Assembly: GCF_964213995.1 (NCBI RefSeq)
Contig: NC_135830.1
Span: 12,524,001-12,588,000 of the forward strand
Source: Mustelus asterias
Lineage: Eukaryota
Reading direction: 5' to 3'
Length of the DNA: 64,000 bases
Positions within the stretch are counted from its first letter, which is position 1. Each line of letters opens with the position of its first letter. Positions 11,681-24,802 of the stretch are shown one piece after another. Under the pieces are notes generated by a model. That model searched no databases. It was not told where the DNA came from and saw only the letters and a program-made list of their open reading frames with translations. The position numbers and the translations under genes are program-made.

Positions 11681-13792
11681 TCCATAGAATCCCTGCAGTG
11701 CATTAGGAGCATCTCGGGCCCACACCGACAACGCTCCCACCCAGGCCCTGTTCCCATCCCTGCTAATTAACTTGATTCTATGGGACAATTCATCATCGCC
11801 AATCAACCTAATTGGCATATCTTTGGACAATGGGAATAAACAGGCAGACAATTGGAGAATGTGCAGACTACACACAGACAGTGATCCATTCCGGGAATTG
11901 AAGCACGGTCCCTGATGCTGTGAAGCAGCAATGGTAACCACTATGCCACCGTGCCGCCCACTAATAAATTAACAAAATAAACTCCTTATCTGATACAATG
12001 TTACACCATATATTTTCCCAACAGCTCCTTAACCCTGTGAAAATTAACGGTGAAAGAAAACTTCTTGACTTACAATTAAGCATTGAGTTGACAGAGAAAC
12101 ACAAATTTGACATTGACTTTTGACAAAGAAGCTAATGAATTAGAACGGACACGGCAATCAGGAAAGTTCTCCTTCAGCATCCAAATCATGACAGTTCATT
12201 TTATTGGCGAGCAGCTGGTATTGGGAACACAATATATCAGGACTTTGCGGCATAATGCACAATATCACAAGAATAAATATTTTATCTTTCACTGAACCAG
12301 GTTATGAACTGGTCATTTCTTCGCTCATTGGCAGTTATGAGAGGGACTGTTAAATAATCGAAATCAGATTATGCTGGACAAAAGAACACGTTATACATCA
12401 GGTATAAGTTTTTAATTAGGTTCAGAACATTGAGAATATTCCAGAAATTCCCGCAGTTCAAGGCAGATATATGATTTTCTTTTACTTTTAATTATTTTCA
12501 TTTTTGTGCCTTTACACTGATCTCATGGGACTGAGGGATTGGGGACATCAGCATATTTTTCTTGCACTTCATGAAGTTGTTCATAAAGAGGCTTTAATTG
12601 TTGGAAGGACATTTCTTTGGAAGCTATACAAATGAAATAGCATCAAGTCAATTGACTAGTTTCCGATACATTTTAATCACATAATGAAAAGTGCATTCAT
12701 TTAAAATATTTGTTTCGAAGGAAAAACATTTAAAATGTGCCTTCCTTTTGGGAATAAAACATTTATTGTATAACTGACGAAGTCCCATGTTATCCTTACA
12801 GATTCACGTTAATCTGTCCTACGCAGTATTTGGCAACTGTCCAGGCTGCTGCCAAATACCCAAAAATATTTACAGGAAGCATCTGAGGGTGTTTGTTCAG
12901 TAAATCAAAAACCTGTTTCCTCAGTACTGAACACTTGGCTGCAAGCCAACTTCAAACTCTCAGCATTGTCAATGGGGCCTATTTATAAACAAATCTACCC
13001 AGCAACAGTACTGGAGGCAATTTAATTATTTTTAAGTTGCAAACATCTATGAATGTTTCCCATTTCTTCGGAAAAGAAAGTATTCAGCTTCTCTGGCACC
13101 TTGTTAGCAACAATAATGATCTCTCCAACACAAGAAAACATTGATGGATGGATATAAAAAAAATACCGGCAGATTATGAGAGGTGATTCAGAGAGGTGAT
13201 ATATTTTATACTAGATAAACATCTATGCTTGTGTTTTCTTTCACTTCATTCTTCCATGGGACGTGAGAATCTCTGGAAAGGCCAACATTTATTCCCTTTG
13301 CCTAATTTCTTTTGAACTGAGTGGTATGCTAGTGCATCTCAGAAGGCATTGCCCAGTTAGTTATATTGCTGTCCGTCTGCAGTCACATCCTGATGAGACC
13401 AGGTAGGGATGGCAGTTTTCCTTCATTGGGGAATCAGAGAGGATAATCTGGTCGCTGTCAGGACGTATTCCAGATTTATTGATTGAATTCAAATTCCAAC
13501 AGCTGCCAGGGTCGGATTTAATCTCGTGTCTCCACATCATTGGCCTGGGCTTCTGGATTACTGGTACACTGGCATTAATATTACGCCACCATCTACTCAG
13601 CAATAAAGGAATACTTGCGTTGATGCAGGGATGAACGATAGTTGGATGCCTGAATGTTTTGCTTGAGAAATCAGAGAGTGGAGGGATGGATGGGACGATA
13701 GCTGGTCCAAATATTTGCTGTTCTACATTCGCATATTTGTGATTTACTACTTCAAAAATCGAAGCAGGTCCTTTATTCCAAGTGTGTCAGTA

Positions 13793-15790
13793 TATAAGAC
13801 CATAAGTCCATAAGACATAAGAAATAGGAGCAGAATGAGGCCACTCGGTCCATCGAGTCTGCTCCCGCCATTCAATGATGGCTGATATTTTTCTCATCTA
13901 TATTCTCTTGCCTTTTCCCCATAACCACTGATCCTCTTATTAATCACGAACCCATCTATCTCTGTCTTAAAAACACCCAATGACCTGGCCTCCAACCTTC
14001 TACGGCAAGAGATCCACAGATCCACCACACTCTGGCCGAAGAAATTCCTCCTCAGCTCTGTTTTAAACGATCGTCCCTTTAGTCTGAGGTTGTGCCCTCT
14101 GGTTCTAGTTGTTCCTACGAGTGGAAACATCCTCCCCACGCCCACTCTATCCAGGCCTTGCAGTATCCTGAAAGATTCAATAAGATCTCCCCTCATCTTT
14201 CAAAACTCCAACGAGTACAGATCCAGAGGACTCAACCGTTCCTCATACAGCAAGCTCTTCATTCCAGGCATCATTCTTGTGAAACTCCACTGGACCCTTT
14301 CCATGGCCAGCACATCCTTCCGAAGATATGGGGCCCAAAACTGCTCACAATACTCCAATTGGGTCTGACCAGAGCCTTGTACAGCCTCAGAAGTATATCC
14401 CTGCTCTTGCATTCTAGCCCTCTCGACATGAATGCTAACATTGCATTTGCCTTCCTGAACCTGCACTTTAACCTTAAGAGAATCTTGAACAATGACTCCC
14501 ACGTCCCTTCGTATTTTTGATTTCCTCAGCATTTTCCCATTTAGAAAATAGTCTATGCCTCCATTCCTCCTTCCAAGAGCATAACCTCACATTTTTCCAA
14601 ATTGTATTCGAGCTGCCACATCTTTGCCGACTCTGCTAACCTGTCCAAGCCCTTCTGCAGCCCCCCTGCTTCCTCAATACTACCTGTCCCTCTACATATC
14701 TTTGTATCATCTGCAACCTTAGCAACAGTGCCTTCAGTTCCTTCCTCCAAATCGTTAATGCATACTGTGAAAAGTTGTGGTCCCAGCACTGACCCCTGAG
14801 GCACACCACTAGTCACCGGCTGCCATCCTGAGAAAGACCCCTTTATTCCCACTCTCTGCCTTCTGCTAATCAACCAATCCTCTATCCATGACAGGATCTT
14901 ACCCTTAACACCATGTGCACTTAACTTATTTAACAGTCTCTTTTTCGGCACCATGTCAAAGGCCTTCTGGAAATCTAAATAAATCATGTCCACTGGCTCT
15001 CATTTATCTCACTTCCTTGCTACCTCCTCAAATAACTCTACCAGATTTGTCAGATATTACCTCCCCTTCAGAAAACTGTGCTGACTCAGTCCTTCTTTAT
15101 CATGCACTTCCATGGAATCTGCGATCTCATCTTTAATAATGGAATTTAAAGTCTTGCCAATGAACGAAGCCAGGCTAACCGGCCTATAAATTCTCGTCTG
15201 CTGCCTCCGTCCCATCTTAAACAGTGGTGTTGCATTCACTACTTTCCAGTCCTCTGGTACAGTCCCTGCCTGCAGTGATTTCTGAAAGACCACCACCAAT
15301 GCTTCCACAATTTCCTCAGTTATCTCTTTTAGAAACCTGCGGTGTAGTCCTTCCGGTCCAGGTGATTTATCCACCTTCAGACCTTTCAATTTCCCCAGAA
15401 CCTTCTCCTTAGTGATGGCCACTGCAGTTACCTGTGCCCCCGGACTCTCCTGGAGCTCTGGAATTCCACTGGTGTCTTCCACCGTGAAGACTGATGCAAA
15501 GTAACTATTCAGTTCCTCTGCCATTGCTTTGTTTCCTATTATTACTTCTCCAGTCTAATCTTCCAGTGGTCCAATGTCAATGTTTGCGTCTTTCTTACCT
15601 TTTTTTAGATTGAAAAGAACTCTCCCTGTCTTATTTGATATTACTAGCTCGCTTACACTCATATTGCATCTTCTCCCCCCTTATTGCTTTTTTAGTTGTC
15701 CTCTGCTCGCTTATAAATACGTCCCAATCCTCTGGCTTCCCACTAATCTTTGCCGCTTTGTATGCTTTAACTTTTGCTTTAATGCTGTGC
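13793..15790 (-). mobile_element. CR1 LINE fragment
   Basis: Minus-strand ORFs contain YLDFQKAFD, GVPQGSVLGP and ADDTK; (TCTTATG)n-type tail at ~13793-13825. Confidence 0.93.
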
Positions 15791-15917
15791 TTGACCTTTA
15801 TGCTGTGCGACAACCTTTAGTCCTTCCAGATTTTCTCGGTGAATTCAATCCCCGAGATATCGGGAACAAATGAACTAAGAGCAGTCTGATTTTTTTTCCA
15901 TCTGCTGATGGTGACTC

Positions 15918-16490
15918 GAGTCATAGAGTCATAGAGGTTGAGAGCATGGACACAAGCATTTCGGCCCTACTTGTCCATACCGCCCTTTTTATTAACCGTT
16001 AAGCTTGTCCCAATTTCCCGCGTTTGGCCCATAACCCTCTGTACCCATCCTACCCATGTAACTGTCTAAACCCTTTTTAAAAGACAAAATTGTACCCGCC
16101 TCTACCACTACCTCTGGCAGCCTGTTCCAGACACTTGCCACACTCTGTGTGAAACAATATCCCCTCTGAACCATTTTGTATCTCTCCAGTCTCATCTTAA
16201 ACCTATGCCCTCTCGTTTTAGACTCCTCTACCATTGGGAAAACATATTGACTATCGAGCTGATCTATGCACCTCATTATTTTATAGACTTCTATAAGATT
16301 CCCCCCAAGCCTCCTACGCTCCGGAGAAAAAGTCCCAGTCTATCCAGCCTCTCCCTACAACTCAAACCATCAAGGCCTCGTAGCATTCTAGTAAAACTTT
16401 TCTGCATTCTTTCTAGTTTAATAATATCCGTTCTATAATAGGGTAACCAGAACTGTACACAGCATTCCAAGTGTAGCCTCACCGATGTCT
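15918..16490 (-). mobile_element. CR1 LINE 3' fragment
   Basis: LECCVQFW...FTRML...SKTRGHRFK C-terminal motifs; (ACTCTATG)n tail. Confidence 0.9.
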
Positions 16491-19138
16491 TCAAAATCTT
16501 CAAATCCAAGATGGAAAGAGGGATTAGGTTGAGGGGGAGGATTGTAATATTTGTAACATATGGCCCGTTCTAGTGCAACAAATCACTCAACATATCATCA
16601 CCTAAATTAGCGAAGGTAACAGGCTAAAAAAATAATGAGGCAATTGAAATGTTGTGAAACTCACTGGACAGATCCAAGTGGTAAATGACTTTCCAATACT
16701 GTGTAAGTGTGCAAGGGCGGCACGGTGTCATATTGGCTAGCCCTGCTGCCTCACAACGCCAGGGACCCGGGTTCAATTCCGTCCTCAGGTCACTGTCTTT
16801 GTGGAGTTTGCAGTTTCTCTCCTTGTCTGTGTGGATTTCCTCCGGGTACTCTAGTATCCTCCTGCAGTCGGAACATATGCAGTTCAGGTTGATTGGCCAT
16901 GCTGAATTAACCCTTGTGTCAGGGGTATTAGTGGGGTTAATATGAGGGGTCACGGGAATAGGGCCTGGATAGGATTGAGGTCGTTCCAGACTCGATGGGC
17001 CCAATGGTCTCATTCTGCACTGTGGATTCTTTGTTCTATGAATAATTAATCTGCATCTTAAGATTCTATACCGTCAGATTAGATATTATAAATTATATAT
17101 AACATTAGATACAGGTCCTTTCAGTTATACAGTCACTTTAAAAATGGTTACACACTCCAGTTATATATCAGGGGTTTATGTGTGATGATGAGGTGATTAC
17201 GTGTCAATAAAGCGCAGAGGCTGCTGGGTAGCTGCTCATTATCCTCGGTCTGATTTAATTCAACTTCCCAGTGAATTCTGGGACAGATTTGATTCTTTGG
17301 TGACAGAAAGGCCAAAGTGACCTCAATAAATTTGAATCTCAATAAACTACAATAAATAAACTGCAATTATATTTGTACCAAATAAAATGCTGAAAATAAT
17401 TTGTTGAATATTTATTTATTTTTGTGATTTGCATATTATTAGTAATATTAGCGCCAGGCAATGACCATCTCCAAAAAGAGAGAATCTACCCATTGCTCCT
17501 TGTCATTCAATGATATTACGATACTGAATCACCCACTATAAACATCGTCGGGGTTACCATTGGCTAATCGCTGAATTGACTAGATATATAAATGCTCCGG
17601 CTGGAATATCAGGTCCGCTTGCTGTGAGTAACTCACCTTCTGACTTCCCAACCCTGTCCACCACCTACAAAAAAACAACTCAGGAGTGTAATAGAGTTCT
17701 TTCCACTTGCTTGAATGAGTGCAGCTCAAACAACATTCAAGAAGCTTTATAGCATTCAGGAAAACGCAGGCGGCTTGACCAACATAGCATTTGCAAATGC
17801 TCACTCCCTCCACCACCGACAAACAACAGCAGCATTATACACCATCTACGGTTTCCTCCGGGTGCTCCCGTTTCCTCCCACAGTCCAAAGATGTGCGGGT
17901 TAAGTTGATTGGCCATGCTAAAAATTGCCCTTAGTGTCCCGGGATGCGTAGGTTAGAGGGATTAGTGGGGAAATATGTAGGGATATGGGGGTAGGGCCTG
18001 GGTGGGATTGTGGTCGGTGCAGACTCGATGGGCCGAATGGCCTCTTTCTGTGCTGTAGGGTTTCTAAGTTTCTAAGTTTCTAAGTATCTACAAGTTTCAC
18101 TTCAGGAACTCACCAAGACTCATTAGGCAGCACCTTCCAACCACAGGACTGTTACCATTTGGAAGGACAGGGGTAAAAGTTACCTGGGAATATCACCTGT
18201 AAATTCCACTCCAAATCAGTCATACAACTGACTTGGAAAAATATCGCCCTTCCTTCACTGTCGCTCGATTGAAATCCTGGAACACCCTCTGTAACAGCAC
18301 TGTGTGAGTACATACGCCACAGGCTTCGCAGCAATTCACGAGGGTAGCTCACCACCAGCTTACTAAGGGCAATTAGAGATAGGCAGCAAATGTTGACCGA
18401 GCCAGCAACGATCACATCACTTAAATTAAAACGTAAATATATTAATGTCTATGAATGGTTGATAACTGGTGAACAAAATTATGCAACTTCGTGAATGGAT
18501 GGCAATTGGTGAAAATAAATACCAATTCTGTGAGCATTTATGATCTTCTCTTTCTTAATGGAAGATAGGATGCGCTCCACAGGAGATGCATGATTCAAAA
18601 GCACAACACGACCGGGGAAAAAAGCCGCCGGAGGACACTGCAACAACTACAGATATATATACATCATTGCCAGTGACACATCTGAAAACATTCATCTGTT
18701 TGAAGATCCGGATTATCCTGAAGCACAATGTTGTGTTTTTAATGGAAGATTGACTCTGGAAAATATCTGCTTTATATGCCCTATGTACTTATCTTTACCT
18801 TCGTCAATCTCATCAAGACATTCAACACCGGTAGCAGAGCAGGGACTACCATACTTGGGAAAAAGTCGCACTCCATCAAAACTCCTCGGTCTCATTCATG
18901 ACACAGAAAACGACAACATAAAACCACAATTGTAGCTTCATGGGCAGCATTTGTAACAGAGCCAACCTCTCAAAAATTGTCCTTCTCAGTCATCAACAAA
19001 GGTGACATTTGGAAAAGAAACCATTCTGAAATTGATGTGTTTACTCTGCGTCTATTTTTTTATTTTAAATGGAAGGACGCCGGTTATCATTGTGAAATTG
19101 AGTTGTAAACAATATGACGTTTTTCAGAAAACGCACAC

Positions 19139-19175
<37 letters not shown>

Positions 19176-19674
19176 TTTTCCTTCAACTTAAGACTCCATC
19201 TTTGCTTCCTGGGGGGCTTAAGAGACAATTACCCCAGCTATCTTTCAGATGGAATGAAGAACAATTACATTTTCCCCAGCACCATGTTTGCTGAGCTGAA
19301 CATTAAAGGCCCCATTGTCTCCAACAGCGCTCTGGTCAGCATTCCTCCTTCTAACCAAAATGAACAAATATACATTACCATGGATTGAGGCATTATGCTC
19401 TGATGCTGACCTGGCATCATAGGAACAGAGGAGCAGAATTTCCCCTCCAAGTCACTCACCATCCTGACTTGGAAATATGTCGCCGTTCCTTCACAATCGC
19501 TGAGTCAAAATCCTTAAATTTCCTCCCTAACGGCATTGTGGGTCTGTCCACAGAACATGTGCTGCAGCGATTCAAGAAGGCAACTCACCATAACCTTCTC
19601 AAGGGCAACTAGGTATGGGGAATAAATGTTGACCAGCCAGCGAAGCCCATGTCCCAAGCATGAATAAAAAAAGC

Positions 19675-20520
19675 AGACGCAGGCCATTCAGCTTCTCGAA
19701 CTCGCCCCCCCCCCCCCCCATTCATAAGATCATCGCTGATCTGTGGCCAAACCCTATGTACCTGCCCTTGGCCCATATCCCTTGATACCCCTGTTCAATA
19801 AAAAAATCGATCTCATACATAAATCTAACAATTGAACCAGCACCCACTGGCCTTTGCGGAAGAGAGTTCCAAAAGTCCACCACTCTCTGTGTGTAGAAAT
19901 ACTTTCCATCAACTCTCCTGAACGGCTTGGCCCTGTTTTTTTTTAAAATTATGGCCCTTTATTCTAGAGTCTGCAACTGTTGGAAAAAATTATTGATCCG
20001 CCCGATCCTACCCGTAAAAATGTTGTAGATTTCTGTAGGAGCACCCCTCAACCTTCTGAATTCGAGAGAAAAATTCCCAATTTGTCTAATTTCTCCTCGC
20101 AACTTAACCCCTGAAGGCCAGGTCTAATTCTTGTGAACCTGCGTTCAACTCCCTCCAGGACCAAAATCTTTGCAAAGGTGTGGTGCCCAAACCTGTGCAC
20201 AGTACTCCAGGTGGGCTCTAACCAGGATTTTGCATAATTGCAGCATAACATCTGCATCCCTATACTCCAGTCCTTTAGATACAAAGGCCAGAATTCCGTT
20301 GACCTGCTTGACTATTTTCTGCATCAGTTCGTGGCATTTTAAGAAGCTATTCACTTGAACACCCAAATCTCGCTGGGCATCCACTAAATTTTACTTTGTG
20401 CCTTCTAAAAACTACCTTGATCTATCATTTGGATTATTTGACTTTTTGTGTCATTATCTAAGCCGTTATGAATATTGTAAATAATTGAGACCTCAAGACA
20501 GACTCCTGCGGGACACAACT
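19675..20520 (-). mobile_element. Degenerate CR1 3' fragment
   Basis: QRDLGVQV...GILAF...LVRAHLEYCAQVWAP. Confidence 0.85.
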
Positions 20521-22875
20521 TAACCTGTATTATTCAGCAACGTACATCTAATCTATAATTCGTTGCACCTTAAATTTGGGCACTTTCTGCAGAAGGGGAT
20601 GTGGTATTACATTTATGAATGTGAATTATTTGTATATTACTATCATAAATCATACCTGACAGCGATATATTTACAGTAACTGTAATTGCAGAATTTTGCC
20701 AGCAGATGGAATTGGCACCTTGATGGTTTACATTCCATGAAGAAGGCACTGCCTCAATAAAGACTACACTGGACCCTAACTTTGCAGTTCTGCCACATGC
20801 AGTCCTGAATGGTGATGGACATTTAAACAAGTAACTGCAGCAGGAGCCTCAAACGAAAGCCCCATTTTTAATGATGGGGGAGCTCTGCAAAAGGTAAAAG
20901 AAACAAGACTGAAACAATTGCTGCCATCTTCAGCCAGAAGATGTTCCATCTCGGCCTCTCCCTGATGCCCCGAACATCACAGATGCCAGTCTCCAAGGAG
21001 GTCAACTCATTCAACATGATAACATGGAGGATAGGAATAGGAGTAGAAAATTCAACCCCTGGAGCCCGCTCCGCCATGCAATATGATCATGATTGATCTG
21101 TGGCCTAACCCTGTGCTGAAAGCATTGGATACTGCAAAGATTATGGATCCTGACAATATTTCAGCAATAATAATAACGATTTGTGCTCTGGAGCTAGCTG
21201 AGCCTCAGCCAATCTCTTCAAGTACAGCTACATCACGGTCACATACACAACAGTGTGAGAATTGGCAGACATGACCTGTTTCAGAAGGTAGGACAAACCC
21301 AACCCGACCAAATATCCCCCAATGCGTCCTCACTCGATCAACGTAATGGGAACTATGAAGGATCATCTAAAAAACTAATAATAATATAATAATAGCAATG
21401 CTGCTACAACTACAAATACTAGAATTCTGCTGAATGATGCTCTGTTTGGGTCCCACTCGGAGCACTCAGTTCCAGAAATCACTTAAGCTTAGTCCAAATC
21501 TAGTGGAAATAGCTGCTTTAATGAGGTGAGGTGAGAGTGCCGGCCCTCGACATCAACGCAGCACTTGACCGATTGTGGCATCAATAAGCCCGAGCAAAGC
21601 TGCAGTCAATGGGCATCCGGGGAAAAAAACATTCCACTGGCTTCAGTCATACCGAGCACAGAGTAAGATGGTTGTGGCTGTTGAAAGCCAATCATCTCAG
21701 TCACAGTGCATTTGCTGAAGGAACTCCTCAGGATAGTGCCCTCGGCCTAATATTCACGCTTCAATACAAGATCAGAAGTCGGATGTTCACTGATGATTGC
21801 ACGATGTTCAGCACATTAACAACTTCTCAGATACTGAAGCTATCCGTGTCCGTAAGCAGAAAGACTTAGAAAACATTCAGGTTTTGGCTGTGAAGTGGCA
21901 TGTGAAATTCGCGCCACCCAAGTGACAGGCAATGACCCTTTCAGGTAAGGGAGATTGCAATCATCTCCGCTTGCCATTAATGGAATGACTACAGCCGAAA
22001 CCCCACTATCATCATTCTGGGAATTGCCATTGATGGAAAATTGAACTGGGACAGCCATGTAAATAATATTGCTACAAAAGCAGGTCAGATGCTGGGAATT
22101 GTGCGCTAAGTAACTCACCTCCAGATTTCCCAAACCTATCCATCATATAAAGGCAAAAGTCAGGATTGTGATTGAATATTCTCCACTTGCCTGGCGTATG
22201 GTCCTGAACCAACCCCCAAAAAGCTCGAAACCACCCAGTAAAAAGCAGGCGGCTGGATGGACACCCCACCAACCACTTTAAACATTCACTCTCTGCATCA
22301 CAGATGTACAACTCTAGTCGTGTGACCCATATACAACTTGTGTAGCAGCAACATAATCCTTTGGTAGCAACTTCCAAACACATTAACTCTGACACTAAAA
22401 TGGCAAGGGCAGCAGATGCATGAGAACACAATCATCTGCAAATGCCCATAAAACCTCCACACCGTCTTGACTGGGATCTATATCACTATTTTTTCAGTGT
22501 CAATGGATGAAAATCTTGCAACTCCTTTCCTATCAGCACTGTATGTGTACTTACTCATATGGAATGCAATGATTTAAGAAGAGGGCTCACCAGCACATTC
22601 TCAAAGGAAAAATTATAAGTGGCAACAAATCCTACTTTACCAGTGACACCAAAACCTCATGAAATGATTTTGAACATGTCATATCTCTGATTACGTTCAA
22701 CTGGCCCCCACGTCTGTTTGTATTGCAACAGGCCATGTCCCAATCACATTACAGCATGTCCTGTCTCTGTTGTTTCTCTACTCGGCTCATTATCAGTTGT
22801 TCATAAGTGAAGCCAAGGCCTGTTTTAACGATGGTTTCTGAATTATGACTGTGCTGAAATATGTTTCAGTTAATC

Positions 22876-23160
22876 AGGGCGGCACGATGGCACAGTGCCA
22901 GGGACCCGGGTTCAATTCCCAACTTGGGTGACTGTCTGTGTGGAGTCGGCACGTTATCCTTGTGTCTGCGTGGGTTTCCTCCGGGTGCTCCGGTTCCCAC
23001 TCACCGTCCGAAGGAGGTGCTGGTTTCGTGCATTTGGGCCATGATAAATTCTCCCTCAGTGTACTCAAACAGGCGCCGGAGTGTGACCACTCGGGGTTCT
23101 TCACAGTAACTTCATTGCAGTGTGAATGTAAGCCTACTTATGACACCAATAAATAAGCTT
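22876..23160 (+). mobile_element. V-SINE subfamily with alternative tail (other copies ~1575-1870 -, 27505-27785 -, 28517-28785, 37116-37395, 61629-61880)
   Basis: Same head and V-core, but ends TTCTCCCTCAGTGTAC..CAGGCGCCGGAGTGTG..TTCACAGTAACTTCATTGCAGTG..TGTAAGCCTACTT.TGAC..AATAAA. Confidence 0.88.
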
Positions 23161-24279
23161 TAAATCTTCAATCTGGGAAGAGACTGTGTCTCAATTCCGA
23201 CTGCATCAGAACCTGTATCTGTCACTCCTATACTGGAGCAACATCCTTCTTGCGTTACACAAGTTTCGGTCACTGTCATTACTCTAATGGTTCATTAGAT
23301 CTAATAAACTCGACACTGTTTTAGTTAATGCTGCACGAGTGCATGTATTTGTTTATTCAACACTGTGCCCTGCCTCTGTTATTATTGCATCATGTGATCC
23401 TTCTAATTTGCTGCATTGTCCATATCTCAGTGTATGCCAGTCTAGATCACATATTAATAATTATTACCAATGCACTATCCTTTTTCTGAGTTCATATCAG
23501 TCTAAATATCGTATCTCTAATCATTAACAACACAGTAAATTCTGTCTCAGTTTTTATCAGTCTAGGTACTGCTTCAGTAATGACCATTAACACGCTGGCC
23601 TCTGTCTCAGTTTATGTCAGTCCAGAATCTGTATCAGTAATTACTGCTAATGCGCTAAGCTCTGCCTCAGTTAATATCGGTTCAGGCCTGTATCAGTAAT
23701 TGACACGATGTGTCTCAGTTTATATCGCGCAAGTTCCTGCATTCGGTTAAATTGCACTAGACACCATCTCAGTTTTTCTTGTACTCGTTGATGTCATCCA
23801 TATTTTTTAAATATTTCTTTCATGGGATGTGGGTGTCTCTGGAAAGGCCAGTATTTTGCCTTTAACTTCCCACAAAGCACTCGGCACGACCTCATTTCTA
23901 TTTCACTGCATAAGGCCTCTGTTTATATTAAAATAGATCCTGTCTCTGTTAATACTCCGCTTGACCGGAGCTTAGTTTATGATGCACTAGACCCAATCCC
24001 TGTTTATATGACATTTGACCCTGACTCTGTCTATATTTCGCGAGACCAGGTCACTGTTGATACTGCAGTATAGTATGCCTCTGTCTGAACTATGGCTCCA
24101 TTAACATTACTCCACGGTTCTGTGAGGTAGAGAGATAATATAATGCATAAATATGCTGGGCTAAAAAATCTGAATTGAAACGGAAAGTATTGGATCGAGA
24201 GTGTATGCTGCGCAGGATTTGATATCGATTTTCAATGCAGTCAGTAGAATGAGCTTTCAAATATCACTTCTTCTTTTCC

Positions 24280-24420
24280 AGTTCCCAAGACTAGTCTCCA
24301 TCCGTCAGAGTTGTACCCCCACTCACCTGAAGAAGGGGCTCAGAGCCTCGAAAGCTTGTGTGGCTTTTGCTACCAAATAAACCTGTTGGACTTTAACCTG
24401 GTGTTGTTAAACTTCTTACT
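24280..24420 (+). mobile_element. Penelope-type terminal repeat with minimal hammerhead ribozyme core (decayed copy ~27873-28000, -)
   Basis: CAC-CTGAAGA-A-GGGGCT(CAG)AGCCTC-GAAA-GC-TT-GTG followed by AATAAACCTGTTGGACTTTAACCTGGTGTTG. Confidence 0.75.
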
Positions 24421-24515
24421 ATAGGAGGATGCAGAGTATCATGTTCCCATAGCCACTTTTCACATTATTGCGCATTATCCAGTACAGTAATAACTGAGTC
24501 CGTGCCCAATATAAA

Positions 24516-24802
24516 ATGAACAAAGAACAACAAAGAACAAAGAACAATACAGCACAGGAACAGGCCCTTCAGCCCTCCAAGCCCGCGCCGCTCCCCGGTC
24601 CAGGATTGAATCCTGAATCCAGGATCCCCGCCCAATTTTCCAGCCTATCTACATACCAATATCCTATCCACCGAGCTGTCCCTCACAGCTACGATGCTTT
24701 GTTCATTACAACCTATTAACTCACCCCCACCCCCCCATTCCAGACCATGTGATCTCCAGGGAGAGGCGAAAACCCAGAGTGAAAAACCCCAGGGCCAATA
24801 TG
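24516..24802 (-). mobile_element. Non-coding retroposon with CR1-type tail and unrelated body
   Basis: The reverse complement ends GGGCTGAAGGGCCTGTTCCTGTGCTGTATTGTTCTTTGTTCTTTG; it is absent from the paralogous site near 7110. Confidence 0.7.
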
